Part shown: positions 26,320 to 38,697 of the stretch, piece after piece | How positions within the stretch are numbered: position 1 is the stretch's first letter | Layout of the letters: each line of letters opens with the position of its first letter | Source: Eledone cirrhosa | Taxonomy: Eukaryota | DNA length: 64,000 nt | Direction of reading: 5' to 3' | NCBI GenBank assembly: GCA_964016885.1 | Contig: OZ024740.1 | Coordinates: forward strand, 366,358,001-366,422,000 | The notes under the pieces: model-generated | Told to the model about the DNA's origin: nothing | Databases searched by the model: none | What the model saw: the letters and a program-made list of their open reading frames with translations, nothing else | Made by a program: the position numbers and the translations under genes

Positions 26320-28070
26320 TATCATCGTCATCATCGTTTAACGTCCATCTTCCACGCTAGCATGGGTTAGATGGGAGTTGTCCCACTTGAGGCAAGATTG
26401 GTCGGGCGACCGTGTCTCGCTTGTATAGGACTATCTGGCAGGTTTTCTACGACTGGATGCCCTTCCTAAGACTAATCACATTTACAGTGCGGACTGGGAA
26501 CTTTTTACCATGTTACCTACACGGCCACATTACAGCGTGGACTGCGTGTTTTTTGTTGTGACACCTACATGATCTCATTAGTTTGAACTGGATGTTGTGG
26601 TACCAACATAACTTTATAGAGAAAGGGTGGTGTTGGCGGGAGTAGGAGGATGGAGTGGGGTAGTGGGTTGGGTGTTTTTGGTTTGCAGGGGCCCACTGAC
26701 TGTAGGTTAACATTGCATATAGGAAAGTGGGTCTTCTTTAATACTGTGTGGCGCCAAAGATCCCGATCCAGTGACATTGTCTTAGAGAGGTGCAAGTGTG
26801 CAAGGTTGGACTTGATCATGTCGTCCCAGGTTTTTCTGGGTCTACCTACTCCGTAACTTCCCTCAATTTTGATTGACCTGCACTTTTTTATACAGCTGTC
26901 GTCTTTCATACACATCATGTGACCATACCAACGTAATCTTTTCTCGAGTAAACAGCATCTGATCCCTCTTATTCCTAATTTCTCACTTAGTTCATTTATG
27001 TTTTGCTGTTCGTGTATCACACATCAAACGGAGCATGCATGCTTCGTTCCTCTCCAGTCTGCGCAGGGCCTCTGCACACAATGCCCATGTCACATTGCCA
27101 TGTAACATTGCTGTTCATATACAAGCATCATACAATCTGCCTTTCATTTAGTAGTTGCTTATAGTGACACTTCCAAGCTACCTTCTTATCAGTATCAGTG
27201 AGGGCAAGTACGCCATCATCATTACAGACACACTTCTCTCCGACAATATCACAGTTTTCCTTGACACATTGTCTTGCAATCCTGAACACTTCACGTTGTT
27301 GGTCCTCGCGTTGTAGAACATGCTTGAATTTTCTATCCTCTGCTTCCCTTCTTGCAAGGTACACTTGTCTCCTAGCTTCTCTCTTGGCCACTTGATAGTG
27401 TTCTCTACTTACCCCATCCTGCCATACTTTCCAAGCCTGCTTTTTAGCCTTGATTAACTCCTCCACCTTACTGTTTTACCACCAAGTTACTCTCCTCCTG
27501 CCTTTAGGTCTGTTCCAGCCACAGATTTCATCTGTTGCCTTCAGCAGGTTAACTTTCAAAAATTCCTACTGTTCCTCTATATTGTATGTCTCTAATTGCT
27601 CTTCCTTACTGTCAAAAGCATCAAGTAATAAGCTTTGAAATAGGTCACTGGCTGTGGGGTCCTTCAACTGCCATATTCTTCTCCTCAAGGTAGTCCTCCT
27701 CTGTCGTCGAGTACATCTAGTCCTGACTATGAGGTCACTAACTACTAGGCTATGTTGGGAGGTGCATTCTTTATGAGGGAGGGACTTAGTGTTTATAACA
27801 GTACTCTGACACGTCTTCTAGTAAGGATATAATCTATCTGGCTGGCGTGTTCTCCTGATCTATAGATGATCAAGTGATTATCTCATTTTTTTAAGTTTGT
27901 GTTACAGATAGTTAGGTTATTAGCATCACAGAATTCCAGGATTCTGAAGCCTTCCTCATTTCTAGTACCAAACCCACAGCCTCCATGGATTCCATCATAG
28001 CCATCACTCTGTTGTCCAACATGACTATTTACGTCGCCAGCAATAATTAAGTAGTCACTTTCGGTTATTT
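26320..28070 (-). mobile_element. RTE-clade LINE with AP endonuclease, RT core deleted, C-terminus and 3' UTR retained
   Basis: IIAGDVNSHVG...GCGFGTRNEEG..ILEFCDANNL; SQIDYIL; junction at ~27150 jumps to MKGRLYDACI; ORFs 27128-27466 and 26565-27020. Confidence 0.9.
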
Positions 28071-28175
28071 AGGAGGTAGTGTGCAGTAGTGACTCATATA
28101 TATATATAATTCAAGCCAGAATTCAGTTCCCATCCCACCCTTGCAAGCAGGGAAAAGCGAACGTAAAATGATGAT

Positions 28176-29690
28176 GAATTCAAGCATGTCTTGCAACGTG
28201 AGGACCAGACACAGGAGGTGTTCAAGATTGCAAGGCAGTATGTCAGAGAGAATTGTGATGCCATTGGAGAGAAGTGTATCCGGAATGATAAAGGTGAGCT
28301 TGCCCTCACAAGTGCTGAGAAGAAAAATGCATGGAAGAGCCATTATGATAGATTACTAAATGCGGAGAATGCATGGGAAGAAGAGACGCTACCCCAAGTA
28401 GACCCTATAGAGGGGCCAGCAGTACAAGTCAGCAGCAGCGTAGTAAGTAAGGCAATCAAAGATATAAAGATGGGGAAGGCAACTGGTCCATCGGGTATAG
28501 CTGCCGAGATGCTGAAGGCATCTGGGTCGGTATGTCACACCATAACCACACGTATTGTTAACCAGGTAATACTAGAAGGTGTCATACCAAAGGATTGGTG
28601 CAGTAGCATCATTGTCAACTGCTACAAAGGTAAAGGTGATGTACTAGATAGAGGAAACTATGGAGGTATAAAGCTGATGGACCAGGTCATGAAAGTAACA
28701 GAAAAAGTTATAGCACAGTTGATTAGGGAGCGGGTGAAGCTAGAGGAGATGCAATTTGGGTTTGTGCCAGGAAGAGGCACCACTGATGCCCTCTTCCTTG
28801 TGAGGCAGTTACAGGAAAAGTACCTAGCTAAAAGTAAGCTGCTCTACCTGGCATTCGTCGATCTCGAGAAAGCCTTTGACAGAGTTCCCCATGGTATAAT
28901 CTGGTGGGCTTTTAGAAAACTAGGAGTAGATGAATGGCTTGTGAAAGCTGTACAAGCCATGTATAGGGGAGCAGTCAGCAAAGTTAGGATTAGCAATGAC
29001 TATAGCGAGGAATTTAGCATACAGGCTCTGTTCTTAGCCCTCTCCTGTTCATCATAGTTCTGCAGGCAAAAATAAGACCAGATGCCCATGGGATCTCCTG
29101 TATACAGATGACCTCGCACTTATAGCTGAATCTATGGTAGAACTAGAGAAGAAATTCCAAACTTGGAAGCAGGGACTAGAAAGAAAGGGTCTCAAAGTCA
29201 ACCTGACAAAGACTAAGGTCCTTTTGAGTAGACGAGAAGACCTGGGATGAGGTGATAAAAGCCGACCTTATCCAATTACACCTCTCAAAGGCCATGACTT
29301 CACACGACTGTGACCTCTGGCGTCACGCAATAATACAGAAGACCCCCTCCCAAAAAAAAAAGGTACAAGCCGAAGCTGAAGCATATACACAATATGCCCA
29401 CACACCCTCCCACTGCAAAGTGGTCGTGGAGGTGCCACGGCAAAAAAGCACCCAGCCCACACTATAAAGTGGACGTGTAGGCACCACGGAAAATAAATGC
29501 ACCCAGCACTCACTGTAAATGAGGTTGGTGTTAGGAAGGGCATCCAGCTGTAGAAATCAAGCAAGAATCAGTTCCTGTATGAGCAAGGCATGGTCAGTCG
29601 ACCGGACACTGCCCACCACAGGACAACTTGTCTAACCCATGCTAGCGTGGAAGAACGGACGTAAAACGGTGATGATGATGATGATGATGA
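28176..29690 (+). mobile_element. RTE-clade LINE, RT N-terminal half plus 3' UTR
   Basis: ORF 28191-29057: GKATGPSGI, YKGKGD..DRGNY.GIKL, QFGFVPGRGTTDA, FVDLEKAFDRV; LLYTDDL follows; (TGA)n tail. Confidence 0.92.
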
Positions 29691-30228
29691 TGATAATATA
29701 TATATATGATATGTAAAAAGACACAGTACACTCTGTAAAGTAGTTGGCATTAGGAAGGGTATCCAGCCATTGGAACAAAGCCAAGTGGAATGTATAAGCA
29801 AGACATGGTCTTTTAGTCTTAGGCTATGACAAATGTTCCAACTCATGCCAGCATAGAAATAGACATAAAGTGATGATGATGATGATGATATATGATATAC
29901 TACTGTACAACTTTCATTGATCAATTCTACTTTCTTGAAGTGCAATGCAGTGGGATGAAACTGGAACCACCTGGTTACATAGTGAACTCTTTAATCACAC
30001 AGTCATTTTAAAATGAAATTCCACTAATATAACTTAAGAAACTTCTGTAGTTTTGTAAAGGCACTTTGTCTTAAATTCCAAATTCTTGATTCCCTGTTTT
30101 TGCTAACATATTTCTACAATGTTACAACACTTTCAGACATCAGATATATAACTTAAAGTGAAAATACAGCTGCCAATTCTATTTTTATTTTTCTTATTTT
30201 ACTTCCAGCTTTGTCTGATTGTGTGTGA

Positions 30229-30263
<35 letters not shown>

Positions 30264-30987
30264 CACACACACACACACACACTTACATACATACATGTAT
30301 ATATATATATATATATATGAGAGTGCATAGCTCGGAGATCAGAGAGTCACTCCAGGTAGAGCTGCTATTTCTCCAAATTGAGAGATCACAGCTCCGATAC
30401 TATGGGCATGTGGTTAGAATGTCTCAGGAAAGAATTGCTGGATAGATTTTGTGGGCACAACCAACCTGCAGGCGACCTAGGGGTTGACCCTTAGCAAGAT
30501 GGTTGGATAACATCTATGAGCTTGGCTGGTCTTGCTTGGGGATCCAGCCAGATCAGTTAAAACCAGTTGCTTCTGACAGGACATGCTGGAAGAAGTGTTT
30601 AAGACCCCATGACCCTCTCAGAAATAAGTGGGCAAAGAAGAAGTATATATATATATATATATATCATCATCATCATCATCATTTTATGTCTGCTTTTCCT
30701 TGCTTGAAAGGGTGGGATGGGAACTGATTCTAGCTCGATTTCTACAGCTGGATGCCCTTCCTAACACCAACCTCATTTACAGTGTGCGCTGGGTGGTTTT
30801 TTGCCATGGCACCTCCACGACCACTTTGCAGTGGAATGATATGGACCCCAGTCCTAGCATCTCATTTCTACAGCTGAGTAAACTGGAGCAATGTGAAATA
30901 AAGTGTCTTGCTCAGGGAAACAACACACCACCCGGTCTGAGAATTGAACTTACAACCTTTCAATTGCAAGGCCAATGCTCTAACCAC

Positions 30988-31018
<31 letters not shown>

Positions 31019-31034
31019 TAAAATAACAGATTAA

Positions 31035-31085
31035 AGTTTAAGCAAAGAATCGCTGCTTTCACCCTTAACGGGATCTTCTGAAACT
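31035..31085 (-). ncRNA. Minimal type I HHR, CAGAAGA core variant (inverted pLTR)
   Basis: Minus: AGTTT-CAGAAGA-TCCCgttaaGGGT-GAAA-GCA...TGC-TT-AAACT. Confidence 0.6.
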
Positions 31086-31304
31086 AACAAAGTCAATCTG
31101 TAAACGCAGAACTGGATATTTCAAAAAACGTTGCAACCGGAGGAAGACAGGAAGACGATACTTTGGTTCGTGGAAACGTTCGCTGGCAAAGAACGGGAAA
31201 AAACGAATAATACGTCATTAATAGGAGCGGTGAAAAACAATTACGCCCAAAGACAGAACCACGTTTATGGTATAAAAGAGGTCGTAGACTAATGCTCTCT
31301 TACG

Positions 31305-32198
31305 CTTAATTACATAAGTAAGCATTCCAACCATCCTGCCAGCATAACCAAGAACCTGGTAAGAAACGTTTCGTTGAGGCTTTCTCGTCTTTCCACCAAC
31401 GAGCGTATTTTCAACGACCATTCCACTTATTACAATGAAGCTCTTGCCCGAAGTGGATTTGTCGATAAGGTAGCATATACAGAGTACGAAAATAGACCTA
31501 GAAGAAATAGATCCCGTCGCATTTGTTGGTATAACCCACCATATAATATGGAGGTGGCCACACCATTAGCTAAGATCTTTCTTTCCCTTATTACGAAGCA
31601 TTTTCCCCCTACACATAAATATAGTAACATTTTTAATAGAAATACTATTAAAATTTCTTACTCTACGACTCCTAACCTTGTACATAACATCACAGCTTCA
31701 AATTTAGCTAAACTACCTAGCCGTAGGAACACGTGCAACCCTGTAGTTAGTACTAACTGTAATTGTAGGAATCGGGCTGATTGCCCCCTATCCTGGAAAT
31801 GCCTCTCTAGTAACATTGTCTACAAATGTAAGGTTGTAACACCCACGTCCCGTAGGGCCTACATAGGGTTAACCGCCAATAGATTCAAGCAGCGTCTTTA
31901 CATGCATACCCATTCTTTTCGTTACCCTCTAAGAAGGAATATGACGTCACTTTCAGCTTATATCTGGAGTCTTAAAGACAACCACACCCAATATAAGTTA
32001 CACTGGGAGATCCTAGCTGGGGCTAGATCGTATAACGGAAATAAAAGACCATGTGACCTCTGCGCCGCTGAGGCCCTGGAAATACTCTACGCCACAGACC
32101 ACATCTTAAACAAAAAATCTGAGGCAATTTCGGCTTGTAAACATAAATTGCACAAAACTTTCCTGTATTACAGCCCCACGTTATACCCTAACGGATAG
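31305..32198 (+). CDS. PLE RT thumb, Cys linker and GIY-YIG endonuclease (5'-truncated, open frame)
   Basis: YISKHSNHP, WYNPPY, KHFPP.HKY..IFNRNTIKISYS, CNCRNRADCPLSWKC, NIVY...YIGLT..RFKQR...H. Confidence 0.85.
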   Translation, partial: LNYISKHSNHPASITKNLVRNVSLRLSRLSTNERIFNDHSTYYNEALARSGFVDKVAYTEYENRPRRNRSRRICWYNPPYNMEVATPLAKIFLSLITKHFPPTHKYSNIFNRNTIKISYSTTPNLVHNITASNLAKLPSRRNTCNPVVSTNCNCRNRADCPLSWKCLSSNIVYKCKVVTPTSRRAYIGLTANRFKQRLYMHTHSFRYPLRRNMTSLSAYIWSLKDNHTQYKLHWEILAGARSYNGNKRPCDLCAAEALEILYATDHILNKKSEAISACKHKLHKTFLYYSPTLYPNG

Positions 32199-33126
32199 TA
32201 CGATCTATACGTGGATATTTTACGTCTTGATGTGGGAGCTAAGTATATGTTTTGTTTATTCATTTACTTATTTGCATAGGTAAATATATATTACCCGTAT
32301 GTTTTGTGAAGGTACGTATACCTTCTCGTACGTATATTTGCTTGTTATGGCGTATAATTTTATATATTCTGGTACATAGGGTTTGGCTATGTGTATACGG
32401 GAGTTTTGCGTCTGTGTGAGTATGCAGGTTCGTACGTATGGTGGGTGTGTGTATTTGTGTACTTCTTGTTTTAGTTGACTTACGTCTCCGAACATTCGTG
32501 TATTTATATGTAGGTATGTGTGTGCGCTTGTTATATACGTATTTATTTATTTATATACGTTTATATAATTATTTATTTATTTGTATACACGCATACGCAC
32601 ACACACATATTTATATGTGCGTGGTTTTGTATACGTATGGTAAGGTTTTGCGTATGCTTGTGTATATGCGTATTTGTTTGCGTGTATGTATTTATTTATT
32701 TCTATTACTTCTGTATTGTATTTATTTACTTTGTTCTTAACTCTGTAGCGGAGATTCATTTGGTCTCCTAGTTAGAATTTTAGTCTACGACTTCTTCTAT
32801 ACCATTTACGTGGTTTTGTCTTTGCGTACTATTGTTCTCCACGCTCCACATATGACGTATTATCTTCGTTTTTTCGTTCATTGCCAGAGAACGTCTCTAT
32901 GCACCACCTAAGAGAACATTAGTCTACGACCTCTTTTATACCATGAACGTGGTTTTGTCTTTGCGCGTAATTGTTTTTCACCGCTCCTATTAATGACGTA
33001 TTATTCGTTTTTTTCCCGTTCTTTGCCAGCGAACGTTTCCACGAACCAAAGTATCGTCTTCCTGTCTTCCTCCGGTTGCAACGTTTTTTGAAATATCCAG
33101 TTCTGCGTTTACAGATTGCCTTTGTT

Positions 33127-33177
33127 AGTTTCAGAAGATCCTGTTAAGGGTGAAAGCAGCGATTCTTTGCTTAAACT
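33127..33177 (+). ncRNA. Minimal type I HHR, CAGAAGA core variant (3' pLTR)
   Basis: AGTTT-CAGAAGA-TCCTgttaaGGGT-GAAA-GCAgcgattcttTGC-TT-AAACT. Confidence 0.6.
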
Positions 33178-33284
33178 TTAATCTGTTATTTTAATAAATA
33201 TTTGCTCTACGGTTCTTATATATTTGATATATATTTATCCTTATCGAGCCCTCTTTGGATTTTAGTCTTCAAATTTATTATTAT

Positions 33285-33383
<99 letters not shown>

Positions 33384-33384
33384 C

Positions 33385-33479
<95 letters not shown>

Positions 33480-33481
<2 letters not shown>

Positions 33482-36281
33482 TTTTGCGAGGTTTTTTATC
33501 CACAACAAATAGATGACGAGACAGAGGCACAGTTCACCATAGCTAGAAATAAGATTAGACAAATAGTAGACAGGTATACTAAGAGACAGAGCAGACCAGA
33601 GGCCCAACAACTTGGGAGGAAACCTGTAGAAGGCTTGGTTAGCCTCAAGCAGCGCACAAGGGATGGTGAGGTAGTATGTCTACCCACGGATAAGTCTGGT
33701 AGGATGTCAATAGATAGCATGCCGAACTACATCAAGGCTATGCAACCCCACATCACCAACACGAGCGAAATTGCACAACAAACACACGATGGGAGAGAGA
33801 AAATCCTCAACGCTCACATGATGATGTGGACTGACATCCTAAAGCCAAGCAGACGCACTGCCAACAACTTCCAGGCGTCTAACAATGGCATACCACCCTT
33901 GAATGGTCTTCGCAAAGACCACAAGACAGTCGACGACCCGACAACAGGACCACCAACAAGACCCGTATGCGGAGCTAATATAGCTAGCAACTACAGGATC
34001 TCCTACTTCCTCTCAATGGTTATACGCCCCATAATCAAGATGTCCCCAGATGTATGTGACAGTACAGAGGACCTCCTCAACAGACTCAGTGAGTGCAACA
34101 AAAACAGGAACCTATCCAACTGCATAATAGGCAGCATGGATGTGGTGTCACTGTACCCATCCATTAACATTGATTTTGCTGTGAAAAGATGTGGAGATGA
34201 TCATTGAGAGTGAGGTGGAGTTCTGCGACGTCGACACAGACGAACTGGGCCTCCTACTTAGACTTACCTACGACACTGACTACCTAGACAGCCATGACCT
34301 TAGATGTTTCTGCCCTAGTAGACCTATAAGAGGTAGACCCCCCACCATAACCTCAGTGGCAAAAAAGACTCCCATGGGAAGGTGGATTGGGTGGACCAAA
34401 GCTATACGGACCCCCCAAAACAATGATCAGGTAAGAAAAATGGTCGCACACGCAATAGGAGCTAGTATCAAAACTACCCTAAAGGGCCACATATTTAAGT
34501 TCAACGAGAAGATCTACACCCAAAATGAGGGAGCAGCCATCGGCGTCAGCATAGCTGGTGATGTTGCCAACCTTTTCATGGTATGGTGGGAAAGGAGACT
34601 TAAAGATCTCCTTAATGAGAGCTCCATAGACCTCATCATGTACTCTCGTTATGTAGACGATATCAATATAGTTATAAGAACACCCCCACTAGAGAGCACT
34701 AACAAGTTTGATTTAGAACGTAGCACGATGGAAAGCATCCAGCAGATAGCTAATTCCATACACCAGAGTATAACTGTAACTATCGACTTCCCTTCCAAAC
34801 ACCCTAACAATAGACTACCTGTATTAGACACAGAACTCTGGATTAACACTATAGACGAGAGAGCCCAAATTCTCCACTCACACTATGCTAAACCCATGGC
34901 CTCCAAATACCTGATACTCAAAAACTCAGCAATGTCCAGTAGTGCTAAGTTTAATATTCTGATCGCAGATTTGGTACGAGTGATGAAGAATGTGTCCCGC
35001 ATGTGCGACCCAACAGAAATGGAAAGACACATCCAATACTTCATCAACCGCATGTAGTTCTCTGGCTACAACCAAAGAGACAGAATCAGAGTATACGAAG
35101 GAGCCATGGAGAAGTATAAGACCCTCATAGAACTGGACATGAAAGGAATTTGCCCATTATACAGGAGCAAATCATGGAATAGCTTAGATAGGGCTAGACA
35201 TAAGATAGGGAAAGCCACCTCATGGTACGACAACCAGAGATACCAGAGTGTCATGTTTGTGGACGCTACCCCTGGAGGGAAATTAGCTAACCAGTGTAGA
35301 AAGGCCCTGAGAAAGACCCACTTAAAAATAAAGGTGGTAGAAAAGCCAGGAACCACCATAAAATCCCTGATCAGCAAAACCTACCCTTTTAAGAAAACCC
35401 ACTGTAGGAAATGTATCATATGTAAGGTGAACCCCCGGATAAACTGTAAAACTAGAAACGTAGTCTATAGCATAAGATGTACAGAGGGTACTTGCAGAAA
35501 CATGACAACAACATACATAGGTGAGACAGCTCGTAGCATAGGTGAAAGGATAGACCAACACTGGGGGGGAAAAACGGGTCAGTACTATACGAACATGCTA
35601 GACAACAACATGACGGTAACATAGACAACATAGAAATTAGAATAATATCTAAACATAGAAATGACCCAGCAGATAGGCAAATCAGAGAAGCCAGTGAAAT
35701 AGAAACTAGAAGACCAAGGCTAAACAGAAAGAATGAATGGAATAACAACAACACCCAAACAAACAACACTGACCTAAGAGAAGTATAAATAAGTAAATAA
35801 AATAAAATAAATAAATAAATAAATAAATAAATAAATACATACACAAGCACAATAACAACAAGCACATAAACACACACTAGTCACCCATCACACAGCAAAC
35901 AAAACACTATACACACACGCAAACGCATGCGCAAAGAAGAAAAAATAAAATAAACAAACAAGCAAATAAATAAATAAATATATAGACAGACTGAATAAAA
36001 ATGGCGTAGACATACAATACAACAGGAGGAAAATATAGCACCACTGACGATGTTGCAGATGTGCAACGAAAGATTTATGATAAACTATATATATGTGTTT
36101 GTGTCTATATTGTATCTGTATTATTTTTGACCGCCGGTCAGTCAATGGCAACATTGAGGACCGAGTATATTAGATTACCGATATAAAAGACACAGAAGCG
36201 AGAAGCGAAAACCAACCAAACAGTGAGTGTGTTCTGTTATTAATTCTGGCAATATTACACAAATATGACCCTCCCCAAGTA

Positions 36282-36285
<4 letters not shown>
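33480..36285 (+). mobile_element. Penelope-like element (Cys-linker, Neptune/Nematis-like), RT plus GIY-YIG, disrupted
   Basis: PTDKSGR, GLRKDHK, PPTRPVCG, GSMDVVSLYPSI, Q.EGAAIG, RYVDD, LPVLD, CRKCIIC...NVVYSIRC...YIGETARS; frameshifts near 34190 and 35560, TAG at 35055. Confidence 0.92.
36044..36071 (+). ncRNA. HHR core in PLE 3' pLTR
   Basis: CTGACGA-tGTTGCA gatg TGCAAC-GAAA; stems I/III imperfect. Confidence 0.6.
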
Positions 36286-36317
<32 letters not shown>

Positions 36318-36343
36318 TACTTGGGGAGGGTCATATTTGTGTA

Positions 36344-36347
<4 letters not shown>
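36252..36347. repeat. Perfect palindrome of the PLE 3' end centred on (TA)n
   Basis: atattacacaaatatgaccctccccaagtataac(ta)n gttatacttggggagggtcatatttgtgtaatat. Confidence 0.9.
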
Positions 36348-36397
<50 letters not shown>

Positions 36398-36412
36398 GTA
36401 TATATATGTATA

Positions 36413-36443
<31 letters not shown>

Positions 36444-36450
<7 letters not shown>

Positions 36451-37092
36451 GGCGAGACAGCTTGTAGTATAGGGGAACGGATAAATGAACACTGGCGAGA
36501 GCTTCAAGATAGTAAAGAATCATCTGTACTCCACCAACCTGCTAAAATAGAACATAAGGGTAAATTAGAGAACATAGAAATAAAAATAGAATCTACACAC
36601 AGAAAAGACGCAATGTTTAGACAAATCACAGAGGCAATAAACATAAATGAACTCCAACCAAATTTAAATAGAAAACATGAATGGAACAGCAACATCACAA
36701 CTTACAATTAAGGAAAAAATGAAAACACACACACACATAGAACAAACAACCAACCAGTAACATGTAAATAAACAAATAAATAAACAAATATAAACACACA
36801 CAGACACCCGGATGTAACACATGTGCAAACTAACCACACAACACACACACAAACAAGATGGCGTAGGACAGAACAAAGCAGAGGCACAAAAACAAAGAAA
36901 AGAATCCCCAGTTACTGAAGAGGTCACAGAATGTGTGACGAAAGAACTTCGACAATATATGAACAATCATCTGGTTGTGGAACCAACCAACCAACCGTAA
37001 ATTTATAAATTCCTAAATTTATAAATTTAATTTATAATAAATTGAAGTGAAAGCAACTGGTGCTTGTGTTTCTTATTGGTAACATGACCCTC

Positions 37093-37096
<4 letters not shown>
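36444..37096 (+). mobile_element. Second related PLE fragment (GIY-YIG C-terminus plus pLTR)
   Basis: [16 protein letters not shown]...RQITEAINI...[10 protein letters not shown]; ends atgaccctcccaa(TA)n like the upstream copy. Confidence 0.85.
36915..36943 (+). ncRNA. HHR core in the second PLE pLTR
   Basis: CTGAAGA-gGTCACA gaatg TGTGAC-GAAA; stem II differs from 36044 but still pairs. Confidence 0.6.
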
Positions 37097-37143
<47 letters not shown>

Positions 37144-37489
37144 AAGCTTGAAACTAGTACATCGTTCCTGTGTCAGTGTTGAACAAAAAGGTGACGTGGT
37201 TGCCTTAACACCGTACGGCATAAATTCAGGCTGTCAGTTTGTTTACAAACGGACAAAGCGGGCGTTATAATAAACGTCCAATAAACTGATACGTATGTAC
37301 CTGTATGTTTATATATATATATATATATATATGCATGCTACTGTACTTCTGTATACATATATGTATGTACGTATACATACATACTTACATTTAAGTAAGT
37401 GCCGTACTAAAAGTGAGAAATGAAATTTCGTTTTCATTTTATTACAACTTATCGTTTTCGGTGCGCCTGGCCGACTGAACTCACTCGAT

Positions 37490-37497
37490 ATGCAAAT
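37490..37497 (+). promoter_or_regulatory. Octamer motif ATGCAAAT (repeated at 37997-38004)
   Basis: Exact POU/Oct site ~80 nt upstream of each HHR; function inferred only. Confidence 0.35.
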
Positions 37498-37572
37498 TAG
37501 GCTGCTCAGCCGTTAATTTTCATAAGGAAAGTATATACTTTCGAACGTTCAACCATCTGGCAGAAGGGTATA

Positions 37573-37613
37573 CGGTGCTGATGATAGCTAAGAAGCTTGA
37601 AACTAGTACATCG
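37573..37613 (+). ncRNA. Canonical minimal type I HHR
   Basis: CGGTG-CTGATGA-tAGCTaagaAGCTt-GAAA-CTAG-TA-CATCG; palindromic stem III ACTAGT; GUA site. Confidence 0.9.
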
Positions 37614-37761
37614 TTCCTGTGTCAGTGTTGAACAAAAAGGTGACGTGGTTGCCTTAACACCGTACGGCATAAATTCAGGCTGTCAGTTTGTTTACAAACG
37701 GACAAGGCGGGCGTTATAATAAACGTCCGCTAAACTGATACGTACATATATGTATGTGTAC

Positions 37762-37842
<81 letters not shown>

Positions 37843-38079
37843 TGCTACTGTACGTCTGTATACATATATGTATGTACGTATACATACATACTTACATTTA
37901 AGTAAGTGCCGTACTAAGAGTGAGAAATGAAATTTCGTTTTCATTTTATTACAACTTATCGTTTTCGGTGCGCCTGGCCGACTGAACTCACTCGATATGC
38001 AAATTAGGCTGCTCAGCCGTTAATTTTCATAAGGAAAGTATATACTTTCGAACGTTCAACCATCTGGCAGAAGGGTATA

Positions 38080-38120
38080 CGGTGCTGATGATAGCTAAGA
38101 AGCTTGAAACTAGTACATCG
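38080..38120 (+). ncRNA. Canonical minimal type I HHR (next unit)
   Basis: Identical to 37573-37613. Confidence 0.9.
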
Positions 38121-38268
38121 TTCCTGTGTCAGTGTTGAACAAAAAGGTGACGTGGTTGCCTTAACACCGTACGGCATAAATTCAGGCTGTCAGTTTGTTT
38201 ACAAACGGACAAGGCGGGCGTTATAATAAACGTCCGCTAAACTGATACGTACATATATGTATGTGTAC

Positions 38269-38319
<51 letters not shown>

Positions 38320-38431
38320 TGCTACTGTACGTCTGTATACATATATGTATGCACGTATACATACATACTTACATTTAAGTAAGTGCCGTACTAAGAGTGA
38401 GAAATGAAATTTCGTTTTCATTTTATTACAA

Positions 38432-38491
<60 letters not shown>

Positions 38492-38697
38492 GTTGGTGTT
38501 AGAAAGAGCATATATATATATAGTGGTTAGAGCATTGGCCTTGCAATTGAAAGGTTGTGAGTTCAATTCTCAGACCGGGTGATGTGTTGTTTCCTTGAGC
38601 CGACCAAGGTAGAAGCTGCTAAATGGTCGGTCGTCCTCTTGTCTCTGATTTTCAGCCCCATGGATTTTATCTGTTTTATTCCTTTGTTATATTTTGA

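Larger units (their letters stand above)
31012..33201 (+). mobile_element. 5'-truncated Penelope-like element (probably Naiad-type) with an inverted 5' pLTR
   Basis: 31012-31302 is the reverse complement of ~32909-33201; coding remnant lies between; (TA)n on the left. Confidence 0.9.
37141..38434 (+). mobile_element. Tandem retrozyme-like array (~2.7 units; HHR-to-HHR spacing 449 and 507 bp)
   Basis: Near-identical head-to-tail units differing mainly in an internal (TA)n; no ORF; HHR at each junction; (TA)n on both flanks. Confidence 0.85.
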
